In this document: positions 57,353 through 64,000 of the stretch, piece after piece
Layout: the number at the start of each line of letters is the position of its first letter
Numbering within the stretch: the first letter of the stretch is position 1
NCBI GenBank assembly: GCA_044344255.1
Contig: JBIJDH010000002.1
Location: forward strand, 448,001-512,000
DNA from: Myxococcota bacterium
Lineage (GTDB): Bacteria > Myxococcota_A > UBA796 > UBA2385
Direction of reading: 5' to 3'
Length of the DNA stretch: 64,000 nucleotides
The notes under the pieces: generated by a model
Database searches by the model: none
Seen by the model: only the letters and a program-made list of their open reading frames with translations
What the model was told of the DNA's origin: nothing
Translations under genes and position numbers: made by a program

Positions 57353-59041
57353 TCAGCGCCAGTCGATCTCGATCGGCAGGAGCAGCAAGGGGCGCTCGGG
57401 CTGCTCGAAGAGCATCTTCGGGACCAGCCCGAGCTCGCCGACGAGGCGGGGGAGGAGGTCTGCGGCGCGCAGGCTCGCGCCACGCCCGAGCAGGCTGTTG
57501 AGGACCTGAAAGCGCGGCGGGGGGAAGCGGATGTGAGCCTCCGAGCCCGGCCGCTCTCGCAGGCCGGCGAGGGAGCGGGCCCGCTCGAGGGCGAGGTCGA
57601 GGCCGCCCAGGTGATCGACGAGGCCGTGGGCGAGGGCCTGGCGACCGGTCCAGACCCGGCCCTGCGCGTAGGGCTCGATGGCCGCGACCGGGCGGCGTCG
57701 GCCGGCGGAGACGACCTGCAAGAAGCGGTCGTAGGTGCGGGTCAACATCCGCTGGAAGCGGGCCCGCTGGTCGGCGTTGAAGGCCTCCCACGGGCCCATC
57801 ATCCCAGCGTCGGGGCCGACGGCGAGGGTCTCGGCGTGCACGCCGAGCTGACCGAGGGCGGGCCCAAAGACGAGCTTCCCGCCCACCACGCCGATCGAGC
57901 CCGTGATGGTGCCCTCGGCGGCGATGATCTCGGCCGCCGGGGCCGAGAGGAAGTAGCCGCCGCTGGCCGAGACGTCGCCGAAGGCCGCCACCACGGGCTT
58001 CTGTTGGCCGAGCCGCTGCACCGAGCGGGCGATGAGGTCGCTCGCCAGGGCGCTGCCCCCCGGACTGTTGACGTACAGCACCACCGCGCCCACGTCGTCG
58101 TCTTTGGCGAGCGCGTCGAGGACCGGCACCACCCGGTCGGCGTCGATGCGGTGGCCCGCCCCGCCGGAGGCCTCGGCGCCATGGACGATCGGCCCCTCGA
58201 GGTGCACCACGACGGTGCGGCTCTCGGGCTCCCCGAAGCTCTGGAGCCAGCGCTCGAGGGCGGCCCAGAAGGCGTATCGGCGGAGGGAGACCGGGCGCAC
58301 CTCCTCGCTCAGGAGCTCCTCGAGCTGGGCGTGGGCCTGGTCGGGCCAGGCGAGGCCGTCTACCAGGCCGAGCTCCGCGGCCCGCTCCGCGCAGAGCGGG
58401 CTCTCGGCCATCGCGGCGCGCACGCGGTCTTCGGGGATGTTGCGCCCTTGGGCGATGCCCTGGATCAGCCGATCCTGGAGGTCACCGACGAGGGAGAGCA
58501 TCTGCTCTCGGTTGGCCGCCGAGGCGAAGGCGCGCGTGTACGGCTCACCGAAGCTCTTGTAGGCCCCGGCGGCCATCAGGTCGACCTTGACGCCCAGCCG
58601 CTCGAGGAGGTCACCGTAGAAGGTGAGCTGGGCGCCCATGCCTTGAAGCCAGGCCTCCCCGCTCGGCGTGAGCCAGACCCGGTGGGCCACGCTGGCGAGG
58701 TAGAGCTCGCGGAGGCCCGCGGAGTCGAGGTGCACGACCACGAGCTTGCCCGCCGCTCGGAGCGCGACGAGGCCTGCTCGCAGGCCCTGGAGCGAGGCCT
58801 GGCCGCCGGAGAGGTCGCGCAGATCGAGCACGACCGCGCGCACGTAGGGGTCAGCGGTGAGGCTCTGGAGGGCCTGCAGCGTGGTGACGTGCCCGTGCAG
58901 CGAGCCCTGACTGCGGTCGCGGCCGAGGGCCACGCGCACCACGGCGCGCCGGCGGAGCTGGAGCCGGCGGATCAGGCCCACCGCCTGTTTGGGGCCCCAG
59001 GCCAAGGAGGCGGCGACGAAGGACCAGAGCAGGCTGAGCAA
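57353..59041 (-). CDS. sppA: Signal peptide peptidase SppA, tandem-domain type
   Basis: GAYKSFGEP, VNSPGGSALAS, SASGGY, TITGSIGV, QGRVWTG. Confidence 0.9.
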   Translation of the reverse strand: MLSLLWSFVAASLAWGPKQAVGLIRRLQLRRRAVVRVALGRDRSQGSLHGHVTTLQALQSLTADPYVRAVVLDLRDLSGGQASLQGLRAGLVALRAAGKLVVVHLDSAGLRELYLASVAHRVWLTPSGEAWLQGMGAQLTFYGDLLERLGVKVDLMAAGAYKSFGEPYTRAFASAANREQMLSLVGDLQDRLIQGIAQGRNIPEDRVRAAMAESPLCAERAAELGLVDGLAWPDQAHAQLEELLSEEVRPVSLRRYAFWAALERWLQSFGEPESRTVVVHLEGPIVHGAEASGGAGHRIDADRVVPVLDALAKDDDVGAVVLYVNSPGGSALASDLIARSVQRLGQQKPVVAAFGDVSASGGYFLSAPAAEIIAAEGTITGSIGVVGGKLVFGPALGQLGVHAETLAVGPDAGMMGPWEAFNADQRARFQRMLTRTYDRFLQVVSAGRRRPVAAIEPYAQGRVWTGRQALAHGLVDHLGGLDLALERARSLAGLRERPGSEAHIRFPPPRFQVLNSLLGRGASLRAADLLPRLVGELGLVPKMLFEQPERPLLLLPIEIDWR

Positions 59042-59139
59042 AGACCCTCCGGGGGGCGCGCGGGGGAGCCGGCCGAGGGGACCGGGGCCATCGAGGCGGA
59101 CAGATGTGTGGACACCGGAGCGCGTCCTGTCAACCAGCC

Positions 59140-59219
59140 GCCCCGGCGCAGTGGACCCCCGGCGCAGTGGACCCCCGGCGCAGTGGACCCCCGGCGTTCT
59201 TGACCCCTGGTTTTCTTGA
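59140..59219. repeat. 16-bp tandem array, 5 units with polar degeneration
   Basis: (g/c)ccccggcgcagtgga x3, cccccggcgttcttga, cccctggttttcttga. Confidence 0.9.
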
Positions 59220-59244
59220 CAGGTGGCCGCGCTCCGCCTAAACC
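59216..59244 (+). promoter_or_regulatory. Putative sigma70 promoter TTGACA-N17-TAAACC
   Basis: Consensus -35, 17-nt spacer, weak -10; about 30 nt before the GTG start. Confidence 0.5.
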
Positions 59245-59273
59245 CCGCTCAGGCTATCGCCGGAGTTTTGAAC

Positions 59274-59789
59274 GTGTCGACCAAGAATTGCCCGAGCTGC
59301 GGCGCAGACGTCCCCAGCGCCGTTCAGCGGTGTAAGCACTGCTTCCATGACTTCACTGAGGTGCCCGCCAAGAAGAGCGGCCCCATCGTGCTCCTCGGCG
59401 CGATCACCCTCACGCTCGTCCTGGCGCTCGGGATCGTCGGCTACATGTTCACGACGATGGCCGCCGAGAAGACGGTGGTGGACGAGGAGACCACCTCCAT
59501 CATCGTCACCCGCAAGTCGGTCACGGGCGACGTGAAGTCGGAGCGTTACACCTTCGACTCCATCAGCCGGGTCGAGTACGTCACCGGCGGCGACAAGTCG
59601 CTCTACGAGGTCGTGGCGGTCACCAACGACAACAAGCGGGTCTACGTGCAGCGGTCGAGCGACGAGCCCCTCGGCCCCGAGGCGGCCCACATCGCCACGG
59701 TCCTCAACAAGCCCCTCGTGACCGTGAACAACGTCCAGGGCGTAGACGCCGCCGATAAGATCAACGCGGAAGCCGCAGGGAAGAAGTAG
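59274..59789 (+). CDS. Zinc-ribbon bitopic membrane protein
   Basis: GGAG then GTG; CPSC...CKHC, one TM helix, beta-rich C-domain. Confidence 0.8.
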   Translation: MSTKNCPSCGADVPSAVQRCKHCFHDFTEVPAKKSGPIVLLGAITLTLVLALGIVGYMFTTMAAEKTVVDEETTSIIVTRKSVTGDVKSERYTFDSISRVEYVTGGDKSLYEVVAVTNDNKRVYVQRSSDEPLGPEAAHIATVLNKPLVTVNNVQGVDAADKINAEAAGKK

Positions 59790-59794
59790 TCGGC

Positions 59795-60823
59795 GTGTTC
59801 GACCAGGCGCTCGGGCGGCTGTCGACCGACGTCGCCATCGATCTGGGGACCTCGAACACCCGCGCCTGGGTGCGGGGGCGCGGCGTCGTCGTCGAGATGC
59901 CCTCTGTCGTGGCGGTCGAGCGGAGCGGAAGCAGCGGCAAGGTGGTCGCTGTCGGGGCCGAGGCCAAGCGCATGGTGGGGCGCACCCCCGAGAACATGCA
60001 GGCCGTCACGCCGATCCGCGAGGGGATCATCGGGGACTACGCGCTGGCCGAGGCCCTGCTCCGCGACTGCATGAGCCGGGCCCTCTCGGCGCGGCCCCTG
60101 GTGCGGCCGAGGGTGCTGATCCCCGTGCCCACCACGAGCACCGACGTCGAGCGGCGGGCCGTCCAAGAGTCGGCGCGTTCTTGCGGGGCGCGGGAGGTGC
60201 TGCTCGTGACCCGGGCGGTGGCGGCGGCGGTCGGGGCGGACCTCCCCATCGGCGAGGCCTCGGCCAACGTGGTCGTCGATCTGGGCGGCGGCCTCACGGA
60301 GATCGCGATCATCAGCCTCGGCGGCGTCGTCGAGGCGGCCACGCTGCGGGTCGGGGGCACCGCGCTCGACCAGGCGATCGCCGGCTGGATCCGCGACCGT
60401 CACAACGTCCTCGTCGGCAGCCGAGCCGCGGAGGAGGTCAAGCTCGTGATCGGCTGCGCCACGCGCCCGCTCTCGATCACCGAGGTGCGGGTGACGGGTC
60501 GCGACCTCACCACCGGCATCCCGCGCGAGGTGCTGGTCAGCTCCGACGACGCCCTCGCCGCGGTCCAGGGCCCCCTCGATCGTTTCGTCGAGGGGATCCG
60601 GGTCGTGCTGTCACGGCTCAGCCCCGAGCTCTCCGCGGACGTGGCAGATCACGGCATCGTCCTGACCGGCGGCACTGCGCTCCTGCCTGGCCTCGACGCC
60701 TGGCTCCGCGAGCGGACTGGCGTCCCGGTGGTCGTGGCCGAAGAGCCTCGCCTGGCCACGATCCTCGGCGCGGGCCGCCTGCTCGAAGACGCCGAGACGC
60801 TCGACCGGGTCCTGCTCGGCTGA
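59795..60823 (+). CDS. mreB: MreB-family actin-like protein, divergent paralogue
   Basis: IDLGTSNT, PSVVA, GRTP, VERRAV, VVDLGGG, GRDL..GIPR, PELSAD, GIVLTGG. Confidence 0.9.
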   Translation: MFDQALGRLSTDVAIDLGTSNTRAWVRGRGVVVEMPSVVAVERSGSSGKVVAVGAEAKRMVGRTPENMQAVTPIREGIIGDYALAEALLRDCMSRALSARPLVRPRVLIPVPTTSTDVERRAVQESARSCGAREVLLVTRAVAAAVGADLPIGEASANVVVDLGGGLTEIAIISLGGVVEAATLRVGGTALDQAIAGWIRDRHNVLVGSRAAEEVKLVIGCATRPLSITEVRVTGRDLTTGIPREVLVSSDDALAAVQGPLDRFVEGIRVVLSRLSPELSADVADHGIVLTGGTALLPGLDAWLRERTGVPVVVAEEPRLATILGAGRLLEDAETLDRVLLG

Positions 60824-60899
60824 CGGCGGGCCACCCGCGTCCTGCTGGGCCGACCGACCGCCCACCCCGACGAGATAGGCTGGGAGCCCGAGGCCGAAG

Positions 60900-61910
60900 A
60901 TGTCCTACCCCGAGCCAGGCCGCCCCTCCCTCCTCGACGAGCCCGCCCTGCTCGAGGTGCGCGACCATGGCGTGGTCCTCCGGCGGGGGCGCACCGATCG
61001 CCCCGAGGCGGTGCGCGTGATCCAGCGGGCGCTCTGCGCCTTCGGGCTGCCGGTGGCGGTCGATGGGGTCTTCCACGGCCCGATGGAGGCGGCGGTGCTG
61101 CGGCTCCAAGCGCAGGTCGGGCTGCCGGCAGACGGGCGGGTGGGGCCCTATACGCTGCACGCCCTCCACCAGGCGCTGCTCACCGGAGAGGTGGCCCGCG
61201 CCGCGCCGCCGCCGCCGCCGCCCGTGCGCGGCCTCTTCGGCGGCGACCGCTTCGGTGACCGGGTGGCGCTCACCTTTGATGACGGCCCGCACCCGAAGCA
61301 CACGCCGCGGATCCTGGATCTGCTCGCGGCCGCGCATCTCCCGGCCACCTTCTTCGTGCTCGGCAACCGCGCCGAGGCGCAGGCCGAGCTGCTCCGGCGC
61401 ATCGTCTCCGAGGGGCACAGCCTCGGCTGCCACAGCTGGGATCACGCCGACCTCGGCCGGCTCCCGGAGGCGGCCGTCGAGGCTCAGCTCCGCGACAGCG
61501 CGCGGGCCATCGAGGCCGCGCTGGGGCCGCCCGTCGAAGGCGCTCCGCCGCGGCCGCCGCTCTGCCTCTTCCGCCCGCCCTACGGGTCCCCCTGGTTCGA
61601 CGCCAGCGCGCGCCGGAAGGAGCGGGTCGGGGCGGTGGTGGCGCGGCTCGGCTGGTCGGTGATCCTGTGGAGCTGTGACAGTCGAGACTGGGTCCACGTC
61701 GGTCACCCCGAGCGGATCGTCGAAGAGGCCCGGGTCTCCTTGCGGCCGGGCCGCGGAGGTGTGGTCTTGATGCACGACATCCACCCTCAGACCGTCGAGG
61801 CCCTGCCCGGGCTGATCGCGCTCGTGGCCGAGCTCGGTCTCACGGTGGTGCCGCTGGAGGCGCTCCTGGACAGCAAGTACGGGCCCCCGGCCCCTGGGGC
61901 GATGACGTGA
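60900..61910 (+). CDS. Polysaccharide deacetylase (CE4/NodB) with N-terminal peptidoglycan-binding domain
   Basis: VDGVFHGP/ADGRVGP.T PG-binding repeats; TFDDGP, HSWDH, RPPYG, LMHD. Confidence 0.9.
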   Translation: MSYPEPGRPSLLDEPALLEVRDHGVVLRRGRTDRPEAVRVIQRALCAFGLPVAVDGVFHGPMEAAVLRLQAQVGLPADGRVGPYTLHALHQALLTGEVARAAPPPPPPVRGLFGGDRFGDRVALTFDDGPHPKHTPRILDLLAAAHLPATFFVLGNRAEAQAELLRRIVSEGHSLGCHSWDHADLGRLPEAAVEAQLRDSARAIEAALGPPVEGAPPRPPLCLFRPPYGSPWFDASARRKERVGAVVARLGWSVILWSCDSRDWVHVGHPERIVEEARVSLRPGRGGVVLMHDIHPQTVEALPGLIALVAELGLTVVPLEALLDSKYGPPAPGAMT

Positions 61911-62848
61911 CCGACAACGCCTTCCAAGTCCTCGAAGACTGCCCCGAGTGTCGGGTCCAGTCGGCCATGCTCACCCTCGTCGATCCCACGGTGGCGCAGG
62001 GGGTCGCCGTGGAGGCCTCCTGTCGCCTCTGCGGGCGGCAAGAGCGGGTGGGCGTCGTGGTGACCGCCGGCCTGCGCTTCGTCGCCATCGTCGACGTGAT
62101 CGACGCCCTCGACCGCTGGGCGGAGCGAGAGGGGGAGCCCGACGTCGAGGTCTTCTGCCGCGCCAACATGGCCGGCCTGTCGGCCACCGAGGTCAGCCGG
62201 CGGGTGGTCGAGGGCCAGGTGGTCGAGACCGGCTTCGACGTCGTCGCCATGCTCTTCCCCGGCATGGCCGGTGGCGGTGGCGGTGGCGGTGGCGGTGGCG
62301 GCAGCACCGTCCCCCTGGAGGAGCTGCGAGACCGGCGTCGCGGCCCTGCGCCTCCGTCTCGGCCGGCGGGCAGCGCTCCCGCTCCCGGGACGATCCCGGT
62401 GTCTCCGCTCCCCATCCCGCTCGAGGCCCTCCAGCCGCGCCGCACCTCGGATCCTTTCGCGAAGGCCGCGGTCGCCGCGCGGGCCCTCGCGGCCGTGATG
62501 GTGGCCGATGGGCAGATCAAGGTGACCGAGCGCCGCTTCCTCGAGGCCTTCCTCGCGCGCGCGGGCCTCGCCGCGCTCCGCCCCGAGGACATTCGGGCCT
62601 GGCGTCCCGGCGAGCTCGCCATCCCCAACGAGCCCCGTCCGATCGTCGAGGCGATGATCCAGCTCGCCCATATCGATCACGAGAAGGACGGATCGGAGTG
62701 GCGAGTGGTCCGAGAGTTTGCGCGGCATTGGGGTTACCCGCTCACCGAGCTGGAGGCGCGCGGGCGCCGCCTCGAAGAGTCCCACGCCCCGATCCACACC
62801 CAGATCTGGCGCGGGCTCCGGTCGATCTTCCTCACGGAGCAACGATGA
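61907..62848 (+). CDS. Zn-finger / poly-Gly / TerB-like domain protein
   Basis: CPEC...CRLC; Gly11; ADGQI...ER and A.ID..KD.SE TerB-like acidic motifs; GTGA and ATGA overlaps. Confidence 0.7.
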   Translation: MTDNAFQVLEDCPECRVQSAMLTLVDPTVAQGVAVEASCRLCGRQERVGVVVTAGLRFVAIVDVIDALDRWAEREGEPDVEVFCRANMAGLSATEVSRRVVEGQVVETGFDVVAMLFPGMAGGGGGGGGGGGSTVPLEELRDRRRGPAPPSRPAGSAPAPGTIPVSPLPIPLEALQPRRTSDPFAKAAVAARALAAVMVADGQIKVTERRFLEAFLARAGLAALRPEDIRAWRPGELAIPNEPRPIVEAMIQLAHIDHEKDGSEWRVVREFARHWGYPLTELEARGRRLEESHAPIHTQIWRGLRSIFLTEQR

Positions 62849-63834
62849 GCCGCCAGTCCCCCTTCGCACCTGAGGCCGGTCGGCCCACCGATCCAGCGCG
62901 GGCCGCCGCCGTGAAGGGCTTCGGCGAGGCCTTCGAGCGGGTGGTCCGGAACGTCGGGCAGATCATCAAGGGGAAGGACGACGTCGTGCGGCGGGTGCTG
63001 CTCGCCATGACCGCGAAGGGCCATGTGCTCTTGAAGGACGTCCCGGGCACTGGCAAGACGATGCTGGCCCGCGCGATCGCGGCCTCCGTGCAGTGCAACT
63101 TCAAGCGCATCCAGTTCACGCCAGACCTCCTCCCGATGGATGTGACCGGTACAAACGTCTTCAACCTTCGCAGCAAGGCCTTTGAGTTCCAGGCCGGGCC
63201 GGTGTTCACCAACATCCTGCTCGCCGACGAGATCAACCGCGCGACGCCAAAGACCCAGTCAGCCCTCCTCGAGGTGATGGCCGAGGGCCAAGTGACCGTC
63301 GAGGGCACCACTCACGTGATGCCGCCGCCCTTCCTCGTGATCGCGACGATGAACCCGCTCGATCACCAGGGCACCTACGTGCTCCCCGCCGCCCAGATGG
63401 ACCGCTTCTGTATGCAGCTCTCGATGGGCTTTCCGCCCCCCGAGGCCGAGATGGAGATGCTCGACGTTCACCTCTCCGAGCGGCCGCCCGTCGACACCCT
63501 CGGCGCGGTGATCGATCAGGCGGGCTTCCTGTCCTGGCAGCAGATGGTGCCGAAGATCTTCATCGGCGAGCAGGTGAAGGGCTACCTCGTGGGCCTCGCC
63601 AACTACATCCGCTCCGACAGCCGCTGCCTCGCGCCCCCCTCGCCGCGCTCGGTGCTGATGCTCGCGCGGGTGGCCCAGGCTCACGCGATGGCCTCCGCGC
63701 GGGACTTCGTCTCTCCCACCGACGTCGCCGCGGTCGCGCCGGACGTGCTCTCTCATCGCCTCGTCATCAGCGGTGACGAGACCGGCCACGCCTATGTGGC
63801 CGAGGTGATCCAGAAGGTCCGCGTCCCCACCTGA
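62845..63834 (+). CDS. MoxR-family AAA+ ATPase
   Basis: DVPGTGKT, RIQFTPDLLP.D, LLADEINRA.PKTQSALLE, ATMNP, AQMDRF. Confidence 0.95.
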   Translation: MSRQSPFAPEAGRPTDPARAAAVKGFGEAFERVVRNVGQIIKGKDDVVRRVLLAMTAKGHVLLKDVPGTGKTMLARAIAASVQCNFKRIQFTPDLLPMDVTGTNVFNLRSKAFEFQAGPVFTNILLADEINRATPKTQSALLEVMAEGQVTVEGTTHVMPPPFLVIATMNPLDHQGTYVLPAAQMDRFCMQLSMGFPPPEAEMEMLDVHLSERPPVDTLGAVIDQAGFLSWQQMVPKIFIGEQVKGYLVGLANYIRSDSRCLAPPSPRSVLMLARVAQAHAMASARDFVSPTDVAAVAPDVLSHRLVISGDETGHAYVAEVIQKVRVPT

Positions 63835-63852
63835 GCCCCGACTGAGAAGAAC

Positions 63853-64000
63853 CTGCGTAGCCCTCACCCCGCCCTGAGCTGCTCCGGCATCGCCCTCAAC
63901 GGGTGCGGCCTGTTCCTCATGCCCTTCTTCGTGGGCGGAGCGGCCAGCTTCTTCTTCGAGGTCTCCGAGGTCGCAGACACGGCGTCTTGGCTGCTGGTGC
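63853..64000 (+). CDS. Start of a probable membrane-anchored protein (possibly the DUF58-type MoxR partner); partial
   Basis: Open frame with high GC3 and hydrophobic LFLMPFFVGGAASFFF; start uncertain (CTG 63853 or ATG 63919). Confidence 0.35.
   Translation, partial: MRSPHPALSCSGIALNGCGLFLMPFFVGGAASFFFEVSEVADTASWLLV

Noticed and set aside
59140..59219. Possible CRISPR array (also the 14-bp and 20-bp repeats)
   Set aside because: Units are contiguous with no unique spacers, too short, and no cas genes are present.
61948..62844. Long N-terminal extension on MoxR in the ORF track (similar extensions on dnaE2, tgt, the amine oxidase, crotonase and DUF2505)
   Set aside because: The extensions are low-complexity and overlap real genes or intergenic DNA; downstream starts have RBS, overlap or homology support.
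63832..63920. Selenocysteine or readthrough at the MoxR TGA, since the next ORF is in frame
   Set aside because: MoxR is already full length and no SECIS-like hairpin follows; a separate start is simpler.

Overview
A very GC-rich bacterial chromosomal segment, probably Myxococcota or a related deltaproteobacterial lineage (MYXO-CTERM-like tails, a DWG-type Ser/Thr kinase, a DADT-repeat lipoprotein). About 54 CDSs are supportable; most of the other ORFs in the track are GC-driven shadow frames. I see no rRNA, tRNA, CRISPR array or transposase. Recognisable genes include an M1 aminopeptidase, gph, a stand-alone dnaE2, an aldehyde dehydrogenase, a cyclophilin, MscS, an Slt-type transglycosylase, tgt, sppA, an MreB paralogue and a MoxR ATPase. 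An accessory-looking patch at about 4.3-8.7 kb holds a lower-GC ORF, a ddl remnant, a secreted protein and an HDOD + MBL hydrolase pair. The best lead is at 59.1-64 kb: an MreB paralogue in which both residues that position the hydrolytic water are replaced (Arg140, Leu167). It has no mreC/mreD beside it and is co-oriented with a Zn-ribbon bitopic membrane protein, a PG-binding deacetylase, a Zn-finger/TerB fusion and MoxR, behind a promoter embedded in a tandem repeat. Other leads are a collagen-stalked diheme cytochrome lipoprotein with a sigma54-like promoter, a metallopeptidase/propeller/Omp85 protein next to Slt, a paralogous DUF4349 pair, and several tandem repeats on promoters or convergent stop codons. 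All family assignments come from motif recognition by eye; no database search was run.
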